The translations under genes were made by a program, and so were the position numbers. The notes beneath the pieces are model-generated. The model had not been told where the DNA came from, searched no databases, and saw nothing but the letters and a program-made list of their open reading frames with translations. Shown in pieces: positions 49,695-58,190 of a stretch of DNA of 64,000 nucleotides. The stretch spans positions 69,100-133,099 of the forward strand of contig CAVPSG010000002.1 of the NCBI GenBank assembly GCA_963708395.1, given 5' to 3'. Source of the stretch: an uncultured Acidobacteriota bacterium (GTDB lineage Bacteria; Acidobacteriota; Thermoanaerobaculia; UBA5066; Gp7-AA6). Each line of letters begins with the position of its first letter. The first letter of the stretch is position 1.

Positions 49695-49884
49695 CGGGCG
49701 GGGACAAGCCCCGCCCCTACGATTTCCGGTCCGACTCGAGGGTCAGTCCTGAGTTGTTGACTTGTCCTGACGACTCGAGGGCCAGTCCTGACTCGTTGCG
49801 CCCTCCGAAACCAACAAGTCAACTAGTCAGGACTGACCCCTCAACCCGGACCTCTCAACCCGGTCCTGACTTGCTGACTTGTCC
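49692..49884 (+). repeat. composite repeat block: family A module + duplicated/complex family B element
   Basis: GGGCGGGGACAAGCCCCGCCCCTACG (49696-49721). Then CGACTCGAGGGTCAGTCCTGA...CGACTCGAGGGCCAGTCCTGACTCGTTGCG...CCAACAAGTCAACTAGTCAGGACTGACCCC, then TCAACCCGGxCCTC x2 and CTGACTTGCTGACTTG. Confidence 0.8.
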
Positions 49885-50270
49885 GGCTGGCCTCGCCGCA
49901 GGCTCCACAGCGCGCGAACCGAGAGGACGACGGACACCATCCCGCTCGCGCCGAGTGCGATGTTCGTCCAGACCCAAAAGAAGGCGCCGCTGGAGTTGGG
50001 CGCGATCCGGCCGCCGAGAAGTCCCGCCCGCTGCATATGGAGGACCGGGACGCCAGACGCAAGGATCGACCCGAGAAGGATGATGATCAGCCCCGATCGC
50101 CGATCTCCGAGCACCAGCGTTCCGCAAAGCCAGACGGCCAGGATGAGCAGGCCCCCGACGGCGGAGACGGTTCCCGGCTCCATCCCGCGCGAGATTTCGT
50201 CCGCCCAGTGAAATGAGAAGAGGAGGATCGACAGCAGAGACGTGATCGTCAGCGTGACTCGACGTTTCAT
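49827..50270 (-). CDS. small integral membrane protein (third gene of the DUF2975-XRE operon)
   Basis: 147 aa with 4 TM helices. Its ATG overlaps the XRE gene stop (ATGA). The last ~15 codons and the stop lie inside the family B repeat block. Confidence 0.6.
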   Translation of the reverse strand: MKRRVTLTITSLLSILLFSFHWADEISRGMEPGTVSAVGGLLILAVWLCGTLVLGDRRSGLIIILLGSILASGVPVLHMQRAGLLGGRIAPNSSGAFFWVWTNIALGASGMVSVVLSVRALWSLRRGQPDKSASQDRVERSGLRGQS

Positions 50271-50524
50271 CGGCTTGCGCTCCGTTTGCTCGCGGCCGGC
50301 GGTGGCTCGCGTTCTGCTTGCTCGGCCTCGAACCGGAGAATATCGCCAGGCTGGCACGAGAGCGCGCCGCAGATCGCCTCGAGCGTCGAGAAGCGGATCG
50401 CGCGCGCCTTACCTGTCTTGAGGATCGAGAGGTTGGCCAGCGTCATTTCGACCCGTTCCGAGAGCTCCGTCAGAGTCATCCGCCGGTCGTGGAGGAGATC
50501 GTCGAGCTTGACGGCGATCGCCAC
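50267..50524 (-). CDS. XRE (Cro/C1, YozG-like) HTH transcriptional regulator
   Basis: 85 aa. KLDDLLHDRRMTLTELSERVEMTLANLSILKTGKARAIRFSTLEAICGALSCQPGDIL. Confidence 0.85.
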   Translation of the reverse strand: MAIAVKLDDLLHDRRMTLTELSERVEMTLANLSILKTGKARAIRFSTLEAICGALSCQPGDILRFEAEQAEREPPPAASKRSASR

Positions 50525-50525
50525 G

Positions 50526-51068
50526 TCAGATCGTCCCTTCGAGGTCTTCGCGCATGAGCGCGCCTTCGGCGAACACGCGCGCCAGCAGGAAGGTGAGGAG
50601 CACGGCGAGCCACCCGCTGATCGAAAAGCCGGCCTGGAGATGGAGCGGATGCGCCGGCGTCGAAACCGCCTTGGCGATTCCGCCGATGACGAGGCTGAGA
50701 AGCTGCGTCGCGAGAAGCGCCCAGGCGATTGCTTGCAGACGGGACGCGTTCGCGGCGACGAACGGGTCGCCCGCGCGAACTGTCTCCACGATCGCGAGCA
50801 GCCGTTTCAGGACCACGTAGTTCAGCGGTACCGCGGCGAGACCGAACCCGGCGATCGCGCGCAGGCCCATGACGAGCCGCTCCGTGTCCGGCGAAGGAGT
50901 GAGTTTGAACGCGGTCATGATCCATCGCTCGTTGGGCGTTACGACCAGCAGCGCCAGGATCGCGGCTCCTCCAATCCAATTCAGGACGATGAGGATCCGA
51001 AGCACGACGTGTGCGATCGGCAGCGCGGCGGAGGACGTGACTGGCTTTGACATGATCGTTACCTTCAT
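50526..51068 (-). CDS. DUF2975-like membrane protein
   Basis: 180 aa with 4 TM helices and a VRAGDPFVAANASRLQAIAWAL-type central motif. Its stop is 1 nt from the XRE start, the classic DUF2975 + YozG pairing. Confidence 0.65.
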   Translation of the reverse strand: MKVTIMSKPVTSSAALPIAHVVLRILIVLNWIGGAAILALLVVTPNERWIMTAFKLTPSPDTERLVMGLRAIAGFGLAAVPLNYVVLKRLLAIVETVRAGDPFVAANASRLQAIAWALLATQLLSLVIGGIAKAVSTPAHPLHLQAGFSISGWLAVLLTFLLARVFAEGALMREDLEGTI

Positions 51069-51128
51069 TATCGAATAACGATAATATCTTTATCGAATAA
51101 CATCAAGCGCAGTATCGCAATTCGATAA
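51068..51128. promoter_or_regulatory. AT-rich operator/promoter region with four TTATCGAAT-type boxes
   Basis: TTATCGAATAACGATAA (51068-84, perfect 6-5-6 palindrome overlapping the start codon), TTATCGAATAAC (51090-51101), and TATCGCAATTCGATAA (51113-28, containing the reverse complement ATTCGATAA). This is the only strongly AT-rich stretch within several kb. Confidence 0.5.
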
Positions 51129-51168
51129 TTCGGCCTCCTGCCGAGTCTCCCCGAAGCCGCATCGGTGC

Positions 51169-51325
51169 GTAGGGGCGGCCCTCGCGGCCGCCCGTTGAGT
51201 TGTCATCCCCGATCGACATCGAGGGATCCCGCCCTCGGCGGGCCCTTTGCCGGACGGCATTGTCGCCGGGCGAGCTCGGGATGACAGCGCGAAGCTCGGG
51301 GGCGGGGACGAGCCCCGCCCCCACG
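51169..51325 (+). repeat. composite repeat: family A module + family C element + family A module
   Basis: GTAGGGGCGGCCCTCGCGGCCGCCCG (51169-94), GTCATCCCCGAT...GCCGGACGGCATTGTCGCCGGG...CTCGGGATGAC (51202-85), GGCGGGGACGAGCCCCGCCCCCACG (51301-25). Confidence 0.85.
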
Positions 51326-51339
51326 ATTCTTAATGAGTC

Positions 51340-51759
51340 TCACTCCCCCATCCCGAGCGGTCCAGCCTCCGACTCCAGGAATGCCTTGGCTCCCTTGCCG
51401 CCGGTCAGGCGCAGCCGGACGGTCTTCCCTTTGGGCTCGAGCTCGATGCCGAACGAGAGGAAGGGGCAGCAGCGGGACTCGAGGTCCACCCATTCGGCGA
51501 CCTCGACCACGCAGAAGGCCTCGCCGGCGGAATCGGCCGGCAGCCGGCCGAGGTCCATGACGAAGTCGTACCCGTTCTCGAGCTCGGCCTTCTGGACGAC
51601 CGCCGAACGCAGCAGTCGCCCCAGCTTCTGATGGCGCTCGTGCTGCGCGGCGGTCAGCGCGGCGACGTTGCAGACGAGGGCATTTTCGGCGGCTGCGGGA
51701 GGGGCGACGGACGGGCCGACGAGGACGATCGCGGACAGGAGCGTGGGCCAGGTTCTCAT
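51340..51759 (-). CDS. secreted hypothetical protein with CCPF motif
   Basis: 139 aa from the ATG at 51759 (AAGGAGA RBS). Signal peptide WPTLLSAIVLVGPSVAPPAAA. VCNVAALTAAQHERHQKLGRLL...ENGYDFVM...VAEWVDLESRCCPFLSFGIELEP. The GTG at 51801 used by the track lies inside the operator. Confidence 0.6.
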   Translation of the reverse strand: MRTWPTLLSAIVLVGPSVAPPAAAENALVCNVAALTAAQHERHQKLGRLLRSAVVQKAELENGYDFVMDLGRLPADSAGEAFCVVEVAEWVDLESRCCPFLSFGIELEPKGKTVRLRLTGGKGAKAFLESEAGPLGMGE

Positions 51760-51780
51760 GTCGATTCTCCTTTCAGCCCC

Positions 51781-51811
51781 ATCCCACAACTTCAAGTACA
51801 CTTTAAGTCAA
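51781..51811 (-). promoter_or_regulatory. MerR/SoxR-type promoter: -35 TTGACT, 19-bp spacer containing a dyad, -10 TGGGAT
   Basis: The minus strand reads TTGACT-TAAAGTGTACTTGAAGTTG-TGGGAT. The dyad ACTTCAAGTACACTTTAAGT (51789-51808) is 16/20 self-complementary and resembles the SoxR box CCTCAAGTTAACTTGAGG. It lies ~30 nt upstream of the ATG at 51759. Confidence 0.6.
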
Positions 51812-51823
51812 GGAGAATCGCGC

Positions 51824-52213
51824 ATGCGGATCGGACAGCTGGCGGAGCGCACGGGCCTGGCGGCGTCGGCCATCCGGTACTACGAGCAGAGGGGACTCAT
51901 CCCTCGGGCCCGCCGGGTGGCTGGCCGAAGGCAGTTCGACGAGAAGGACCTGGCGCCGCTCCTCGTCGTCCAACTCGCGATCGACGCCGGCTTCACTCTC
52001 GCCGAGACCCGCCAGCTCGTCCGCGATTTCGGGCGGGACCGCTGGCGCCGACTCGCGGAGAAGAAACGAACCGAGGTCCGCGCGACGGCCGCGCGGCTCG
52101 AGACCATGGACGAGCTGTTGAGCAAGCTCCTCCGCTGCGAGTGCCCCTCGATCGACGTGTGCGGCCGCGTGATCTCCGGCAAGCGGGCGAGAACCGGACG
52201 CCGCCTGACGTGA
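51824..52213 (+). CDS. MerR family regulator, SoxR-like with a 3-Cys C-terminal motif
   Basis: 129 aa with AAGGAGA RBS. MRIGQLAERTGLAASAIRYYEQRGLIP...GRRQFDEKD (MerR HTH). The C-terminus RCECPSIDVCG has the spacing of SoxR C122-x-C124-x5-C130, but the position of the first SoxR Cys is Leu. Confidence 0.8.
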   Translation: MRIGQLAERTGLAASAIRYYEQRGLIPRARRVAGRRQFDEKDLAPLLVVQLAIDAGFTLAETRQLVRDFGRDRWRRLAEKKRTEVRATAARLETMDELLSKLLRCECPSIDVCGRVISGKRARTGRRLT

Positions 52214-54198
52214 TGGACGCTCGCCTCGCCTACGACGCCGCCGCCGGCGTGCGTGATGTCATCGCCGGAATAGGCCGGACCGAGGACATCACACTGTCCC
52301 CGGACAATTCACGCCTCGTCATCCTCGACTATTTCGGCAAGCGAATCTTCGTCTTCGCGATCCGGATCCACATCGATACCGCCGGACGATCGCCAGCGCC
52401 GCAGGTGACCCTGTCGGATTTCTCGATCCTGCACTCCGACTCTTTCCGCGAGCCGCACGGCGTGGCCTTTCTCGGAAACGACCACATCGTCGTCTGCAAC
52501 CGCGGGGGCGATGTCTGCGTCTACAGCGTCCCCGCCCCCGGGGTCCCTCCCCGCGAGCGACGCATCGAACCGCTCGCGAGAATCAAGGGACACGGACTGT
52601 TTTCCGCACGGGTCCTGACTCCCGGGTCGATTGCTTCCCATGCCACGGGGTCCAACCGCTACCGTCTCCTCGTCTGCAACGACCACTGGAACGCCGTCAC
52701 CGCGCACAGCGTCTCCCTCGGCCGGTCAATCGAAATAAGAAACCACGGAGTTGTCATCGAGAGCCGGCTCAAGATCCCCGACGGTGTCTGTATCAGCGGC
52801 GACGGCGCCTGGATCGCCATCAGCAATCATGTCGATGGTGAAGTGCTCGTTTACGCAAATACGCCGAGCCTTGATCGAAAGACCCCGCCCACGGCTGTGC
52901 TGCGCGGTCTCGTGTGCCCGCACGGCGTGCGCTTCACCTCGGATGGCCGGATTGTCGTCGCGGATGCTGGCAGCCAGTACCTGCATGCGTTCGATCATCC
53001 CAACGGAACCTGGAACGGCGTTCAGGAGCCCACGAGCTCCGTTCGAGTCGTTGATGACGAAACGTTCTATTCGGGGCGGTACGACACCCGGGAGGGGGGC
53101 GTCAAAGGCATCGCGCTCGACAACGCCGACCGGGTCCTGATCACCACGCACAAGCGCGACGTCCTCGGCTTCTACGATCTGACCCGGCTCCTGGCAGAAG
53201 CCGTTACCGTCCCCGTCGATGAGATGGCCGAGCTTCGCCGGCAACGCGACTGGTCGCTCACCCGAACCAAGCGTGACGTGCTCACCCGACGCTGGACGTT
53301 CCGCACGCGCGTCGCTCTCGGTCTCTCGGGCATTCGGCAACGCTCGCTGGCCCGACTCGCCGCGGCGCGCATTCGACCGGCCCTCTACCGCCTCCATCTG
53401 AGGAACAGGCGGTCGAGCGAATCCCTGCTCGATGCCGCGGGACCCGTCGTGTCGCTGACGACGCAACCTCATCGACTCGAGCTCGTGCACTATGCCATCG
53501 AGTCCATCGCCCGTGGCACTCGCAAGCCGCGCCAACTCCATCTCTGGATCACGGATGAAAGGTCTTACTCGCACCTTCCGTCGTCTCTCCAAAGGCTGAG
53601 GGCACGAGGCCTCGTGATCCATCTGACCGAGGATCTCGGCCCCCACACCAAATACCATCCGTACATCAATTCCGAAACCGCGTTCGCGGCGCCGCTCGCT
53701 ACCGCGGACGACGACGTCATCTATCCGGAGACGTGGCTCGAGGAATTGATCCGCGGCTATGAGGCCAACCCGGCAGCCATCCATTGCTTTCGCGCGCACC
53801 GCATGCGCATGGCCATAACCCGGCCGACGCCGTACAACAGCTGGGCTCCTTGCGACGACACGCGACCCAGCCACCTGAACCTCATCACCGGCGTATCGGG
53901 CGTCATCTATCCCCCCGAGTACCTTCGGTATCTCAAGCAGGTTGGTATGGACTTCACGCGGTCCTGCCCGCAGCAGGACGACATCTGGTTGACGGTCATC
54001 GCTCTGCGGGGAGGATTCAAGATTGCCCAGCTTTACAACACGCCCCGCCTGTTCACGACGATACCCAACTCGCAAACGAAGCGGCTCTACAACCTCAATG
54101 TGATTTTGGGCGAGAACCAGGTCCAATTGATGAGGACCTTGTCGAAGGCGGACCTGGCGGCGCTTCTGGCCCATCAGAATGCCGACCAAGCCGGATAA
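52213..54198 (+). CDS. beta-propeller (NHL/SMP-30-like)-glycosyltransferase fusion protein
   Basis: 661 aa. Its ATG overlaps the MerR TGA (TGATG). The N-terminal ~330 aa have repeated blade-like segments (PHGVAFLGNDHIVVCN, PDGVCISGDGAWIAISN, PHGVRFTSDGRIVVAD, VKGIALDNADRVLITT). The C-terminal ~270 aa are GT-A-like (VVSLTTQPHRL...LHLWITDE...GPHTKYHPY...ATADDDVIYP...QQDDIWL). Confidence 0.65.
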   Translation: MDARLAYDAAAGVRDVIAGIGRTEDITLSPDNSRLVILDYFGKRIFVFAIRIHIDTAGRSPAPQVTLSDFSILHSDSFREPHGVAFLGNDHIVVCNRGGDVCVYSVPAPGVPPRERRIEPLARIKGHGLFSARVLTPGSIASHATGSNRYRLLVCNDHWNAVTAHSVSLGRSIEIRNHGVVIESRLKIPDGVCISGDGAWIAISNHVDGEVLVYANTPSLDRKTPPTAVLRGLVCPHGVRFTSDGRIVVADAGSQYLHAFDHPNGTWNGVQEPTSSVRVVDDETFYSGRYDTREGGVKGIALDNADRVLITTHKRDVLGFYDLTRLLAEAVTVPVDEMAELRRQRDWSLTRTKRDVLTRRWTFRTRVALGLSGIRQRSLARLAAARIRPALYRLHLRNRRSSESLLDAAGPVVSLTTQPHRLELVHYAIESIARGTRKPRQLHLWITDERSYSHLPSSLQRLRARGLVIHLTEDLGPHTKYHPYINSETAFAAPLATADDDVIYPETWLEELIRGYEANPAAIHCFRAHRMRMAITRPTPYNSWAPCDDTRPSHLNLITGVSGVIYPPEYLRYLKQVGMDFTRSCPQQDDIWLTVIALRGGFKIAQLYNTPRLFTTIPNSQTKRLYNLNVILGENQVQLMRTLSKADLAALLAHQNADQAG

Positions 54199-54222
54199 AC
54201 GCGGCGCGACGGAGTGCCCCGG

Positions 54223-54271
54223 GGGGTCAGTCCTGACTTCTTGAGTTTCGCGTCCGGGGCGAGGACTGACC
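54223..54271 (+). repeat. family B short variant
   Basis: GGGGTCAGTCCTGACTTCTTGAGTTTCGCGTCCGGGGCGAGGACTGACC, between convergent genes. Confidence 0.7.
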
Positions 54272-54288
54272 TCGTCGACCCCGTGGCA

Positions 54289-55266
54289 TCACCGAACGAA
54301 GGCGGTCAGCGCCCTGTGAACCTCGTCGGGCGCTTCGAGGTAAGAGAAATGCCCGCAATTCGGGATCACGATCAGCTTCGCGCCGGAAATCGCTCGCGCG
54401 ACGTGGTCGGCAACCTCGACCGGGATGAAGTCGTGATCCCCCGTAATGACGAGCGTCGGAATTCGAAGGCGCTGCAGGCGCGGCGTCAGGTCGTACCCGG
54501 GAACGTTCCACGTGTCATCCATGAGCCGGCCCTCGATCGCGCGCGCCTCGAGGATGCCGGCGCTGCCTTGCCGGATGAAAGCTGCCTTCATCGCCGCCAT
54601 GAGCTTCTCGTAGTCCTCGGATCGATAGAGCGCGTGCTCGAAGTGGATCCGATAGCGTGCGGCGACGGCTTCCGGATCTCCGGCCCGGTACGCCGCGCCC
54701 TCGACGATCGCGCGCTGGCGCTCGAAGTCCGCGCCGAGACCCTCCCGGTACGACTTGCGCAGCACGGCCACGTCGTTCGCCGACGCCGGCGCAGGATTCA
54801 TCAGGACGAGGCGCGAGACGCGCTCTGGATGACGCAGTGCATACTCGAGTGCCAGCACCGCTCCCCAGGAGTGACCGAGAAGGACCATCCTCTCGAGTCC
54901 GAAGTGACGCCGCAGCCGCTCGAGGTCGTCCAGGTCGGATGATAGCGACACGTCCTGCGGCCGAACGCCTTCGGCGGACCGCCCGCGCCCGCTCTGGTCG
55001 TAATAGATGAGGCGAAAGCGATCCTGCAGTCGATCGAGGTCGGGCAGCAGATAGGAGATGTCGAAGTCGGGCCCTCCGTGGAGGACGATGAGGGGCTGCC
55101 CCTGCCCGACCGATCGGACGTAGATCGACGCGCCCCCGACGGGAATGCGGGTCTCAGAAACGCCTTCCGCGGCGCCGGAGGCCCCGACCGCTCCCAGCGA
55201 CAGCAGGCAGGCGATGAGAGACCCGAGCGCTTCGCGAATCCCGAGGTGCCGCCCGCGATCGTGCAT
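54289..55266 (-). CDS. alpha/beta hydrolase (S33 prolyl aminopeptidase-like), secreted
   Basis: 325 aa with a signal peptide. LIVLHGGPDFD, YYDQSGRGRS, LLGHSWGAVLALEYALRHPERVSRLVLMNP, ITGDHDFIP, NCGHFSYLE. Confidence 0.85.
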   Translation of the reverse strand: MHDRGRHLGIREALGSLIACLLSLGAVGASGAAEGVSETRIPVGGASIYVRSVGQGQPLIVLHGGPDFDISYLLPDLDRLQDRFRLIYYDQSGRGRSAEGVRPQDVSLSSDLDDLERLRRHFGLERMVLLGHSWGAVLALEYALRHPERVSRLVLMNPAPASANDVAVLRKSYREGLGADFERQRAIVEGAAYRAGDPEAVAARYRIHFEHALYRSEDYEKLMAAMKAAFIRQGSAGILEARAIEGRLMDDTWNVPGYDLTPRLQRLRIPTLVITGDHDFIPVEVADHVARAISGAKLIVIPNCGHFSYLEAPDEVHRALTAFVR

Positions 55267-55282
55267 CGTGGAGAAGTTCCCC

Positions 55283-56320
55283 CTACTTCTTCACCGCCTC
55301 GACGACGCTCACGGGCGACGGCGTCGGAACGACGCGCGTGAGGCGGAATCCGGCCTTGTCGAGAAGGGCCGCGTACTCGGCCTCGGTCCGCTCCTGACCG
55401 CCGGGCATCACGAGCATCGTCAGATCGAGCAGCTTGCCGGGGTGCATCTCGTCGCCGGCCGGGAGGACCATCTCGACGATCAGGAGCTTCGCGTCCAGCT
55501 TCATCGCCTTGTGGCAGCTGCCGAGGATCGTCAGGCACTGTGCCTCGCTCCAGTCGTGGATCACGTGCGACAGGACGTAGGCGTCGCCGCCGGCGGGCAC
55601 GCTGTCGAAGAAGCTTCCGCCCTCGACGCGGACGCGGTCCCCGAGGCTGCGGGCCCGGAAGTGCTCCGCCGCATGACCGACGACGTGCGGCAGATCGAAC
55701 AGCACGCCGCGCGGTCCGGGATAGCGGCTCAGGATCGCCGCCAGCATGTTCCCCGACGCTCCGCCCACGTCGACGACGGTCCCGAAGCCCGAGAAGTCGT
55801 AGGCCGCCACGATGGCCGGCGGTTCATCGCCGTGCACGCCGATCATCGCCTGGGTGAAGTTGGCCGCTTCCTGCGGGTGCGAGGCGAGATAGTCGAAGAC
55901 CGGCATCCCGTAGGCCTTCTCGAAGGCCGTCTTTCCGGTCTCGAGCGAGTACATGTACTCCCCGAAGGCCTTCCAGAACACGGGGCCGGCCAGCGAGATG
56001 AGCGTCGCGCGCGCCGCGCCGGGCGCGTCGGACTTCATCGCCTCGCCGAGCGGCGTCAGCGAGAACCGCTGCCCGTCAGGCTCGGTCTTCAGGATGCCGA
56101 GCCCTGCCAGCAGCCGCATCAGCCGGTGGAGTGCGGACGCGAGCGTGCCCGTCTCCTTCGCGAGCTCCGCCGCACTGCGCGGGCCGCCTGCGAGCTTGTC
56201 GGCCATGCCCAGCTTCGCGGCGGCGTAGAGCGCCCGCGACACCCAGTAGCCCATCCCCATCTGGACGATCTGGACGTGAGGCGGCGGCGCGCTGGTGGGA
56301 TTCGGTTGATTGGTCGCCAT
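55283..56320 (-). CDS. SAM-dependent O-methyltransferase (COMT/Methyltransf_2 type with dimerisation domain)
   Basis: 345 aa from the ATG at 56320 (GGAGG RBS). GYWVSRALYAAAKLGMADKL, VVDVGGASGNMLAAIL, GVLFDLPHVV, GGSFFDSVPAGGDAYVLSHVIHDW. Confidence 0.85.
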   Translation of the reverse strand: MATNQPNPTSAPPPHVQIVQMGMGYWVSRALYAAAKLGMADKLAGGPRSAAELAKETGTLASALHRLMRLLAGLGILKTEPDGQRFSLTPLGEAMKSDAPGAARATLISLAGPVFWKAFGEYMYSLETGKTAFEKAYGMPVFDYLASHPQEAANFTQAMIGVHGDEPPAIVAAYDFSGFGTVVDVGGASGNMLAAILSRYPGPRGVLFDLPHVVGHAAEHFRARSLGDRVRVEGGSFFDSVPAGGDAYVLSHVIHDWSEAQCLTILGSCHKAMKLDAKLLIVEMVLPAGDEMHPGKLLDLTMLVMPGGQERTEAEYAALLDKAGFRLTRVVPTPSPVSVVEAVKK

Positions 56321-56466
56321 GGGAGCCTCCGTTCGGAAAGCGAGAGAGGGGGAGCGTATCGCGGACGCGATGGCTCGACCTCGGCCGTTCCTTCCGCCCC
56401 GTGTAACGGTCTCGGCACTTCGGCGACTCTCGGAACGAAGGTCCTGTTGCATGGAGGAGGTGGCGT

Positions 56467-56964
56467 ATGCCGAACCGGACTGCATTCCTCGGATTCGTGG
56501 TCTTTACTGCCTTGGTCGCGCTTTGGCTATCTCAAGGTGCGCACGCGAAAGGAGATATTGGAAAGCAGACGAGCCCCACGGGAAAGACCGATACCGTGGA
56601 TACGAGCAAGTTCGCGCCCAAGAACTCGAAAGCGCTCCTCTACGATGACCGCATGACGCTCGTGCGAAATCGCGATTACCGAGCCATGGGCCAGACTGTG
56701 GATTGCCCCGACTGCAAGGACCTCTTTTGCGCAGACTTCAGGTCTCCACATCCGGGGGCGAAGATCATTGGCGCGGATTTCATCACGATGCGAAGCGACG
56801 GCCATTGGTTCCGTTGTCAGATTCAGGCAAAGTGCGGGCTCCCGGAATTCTCGAACCCCGCAAACCCGACGCTTGGCTGCACGGATGTCGACACATGTCG
56901 GATTTGCCGCGCCGTGAACGCCACGTTCCCCGACGAGGATGACATCGTTGTCCATTCACAGTAG
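56467..56964 (+). CDS. secreted Cys-rich hypothetical protein (165 aa)
   Basis: Signal peptide FLGFVVFTALVALWLSQGAHA with 10 Cys in the mature part (DCPDCKDLFC, RCQIQAKC, GCTDVDTCRIC). Lower-GC codon usage. No family recognised. Confidence 0.55.
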   Translation: MPNRTAFLGFVVFTALVALWLSQGAHAKGDIGKQTSPTGKTDTVDTSKFAPKNSKALLYDDRMTLVRNRDYRAMGQTVDCPDCKDLFCADFRSPHPGAKIIGADFITMRSDGHWFRCQIQAKCGLPEFSNPANPTLGCTDVDTCRICRAVNATFPDEDDIVVHSQ

Positions 56965-57136
56965 CTAGACGCGGCTTCCCAAGCGGCGCGAAGAAGAGCT
57001 ACTGACCCGAAATTGAAATCGCCGGGTCGGCCACGATCGCGGCCGGCCCGGCACTGTGGGTTGTCTCCCTGCACCGCTGTAACGAGGTAGCCCGAGCGGG
57101 CACTTCTACATCAAGGCTGGGTGCTACGCCCAACCG

Positions 57137-57538
57137 ATGAAAGGAGTCGCGATGCTCAAAAGGGTACGATCCCAGGGACTCGCTCTGCTCAGCTTCGGCG
57201 CGATGGTCCTATTGGCTCGCCCCGTCTACGGGCTCTGTGAGCCCAGTGGTCCCTTCACACCGGATTCCATGTACCGACTCATTGAAACCCGAGCGTGCTG
57301 CGCGGACACCAACGAAGGCCAGCTTCATTGGTGGACAATTCAGATGCGGAATCGATCCTCGAAGACCGTCACGGTTCATTGGCGCGTCCTTACGCCGGCG
57401 TATGGAGGCGACACCAACAATTGCTGCGAAACACGCCTCGACCCAGGTGAGACGCAGGACTTTACGTTTCGAAGCACGTCGGCCTCCTGCGGTGGAAGAG
57501 TCACGCATCAGATTCTCTCCGTCAAGGAGAACGACTGA
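57137..57538 (+). CDS. secreted Cys-rich hypothetical protein (133 aa)
   Basis: Signal peptide LALLSFGAMVLLARPVYG. Cys pairs (RACCADTN, NNCCETRL). No family recognised. Confidence 0.55.
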   Translation: MKGVAMLKRVRSQGLALLSFGAMVLLARPVYGLCEPSGPFTPDSMYRLIETRACCADTNEGQLHWWTIQMRNRSSKTVTVHWRVLTPAYGGDTNNCCETRLDPGETQDFTFRSTSASCGGRVTHQILSVKEND

Positions 57539-57677
57539 TCGACCCAGCTACCTTCTCCACTCTGCATCTCGACACTTCCCACCACGGCGGGCGTCGCCTG
57601 CTGGACGCCCGCCTCATCCCGAGGTCGGCGGAGTTCCGAGGTCATGCCTCGAAACTCCGCCCGGCTTCGTGGGCGAC

Positions 57678-58190
57678 TCAACCGTGACGAATCGGAGCCA
57701 TCTCAGCGCTCCTGGGTACCGGCATCACCGTCATGAAGAAATCCAAGGTATCGGAATACTTCCCTTCGGAATCGTGAAAGTGAGTCTCGAGGCCGTCCCA
57801 CCCGGGGTTGTTCTCCTTCTTGAGGCCCTTTCCTTCAGCCGCGAATCCTGGAAACGTCAGCTCGACGGACACGGCTGAGCCTAGCGAAGAGAGAGTTACG
57901 TACACGTGGTCACTGAGATCGACGAAATCCTTGTACAGAATTCCACGGAAGAAAGCCGGGAACGCAGTGCCCCCCACGCTATACGAAGGCTGGTAAAACA
58001 GGCCGCCGACGCCAGCGTTCGAACCATACAAGGGTCCGGGAATACCATGTCCTTTCTTCGGGGCGACGGTCGTCGGCCTCCTGTCCAGGTCTGCCCACAC
58101 ACCAAAGATTTTCCCGTGAGGCGGGCCCGGCTGCTTCACCCAATCTACCAAGTGTTGGAAGTCCGCCGCTGTGACTGATGACAATGACAT
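57678..58190 (-). CDS. hypothetical protein (170 aa, no signal peptide)
   Basis: The only sizeable ORF here with a plausible composition. No motif recognised. Confidence 0.45.
   Translation of the reverse strand: MSLSSVTAADFQHLVDWVKQPGPPHGKIFGVWADLDRRPTTVAPKKGHGIPGPLYGSNAGVGGLFYQPSYSVGGTAFPAFFRGILYKDFVDLSDHVYVTLSSLGSAVSVELTFPGFAAEGKGLKKENNPGWDGLETHFHDSEGKYSDTLDFFMTVMPVPRSAEMAPIRHG

Noticed and set aside
51760-51801. A GTG start at 51801 for the CCPF protein (the track ORF 51340..51801).
   Set aside because: That start lies inside the SoxR-type dyad and has no RBS. The ATG at 51759 has an AAGGAGA RBS and begins a proper signal peptide.
54289-55266. The alpha/beta hydrolase as the missing kynurenine formamidase.
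   Set aside because: It is 30 kb from the cluster, carries a signal peptide, and has prolyl-aminopeptidase-type motifs. Nothing in the sequence links it to the pathway.
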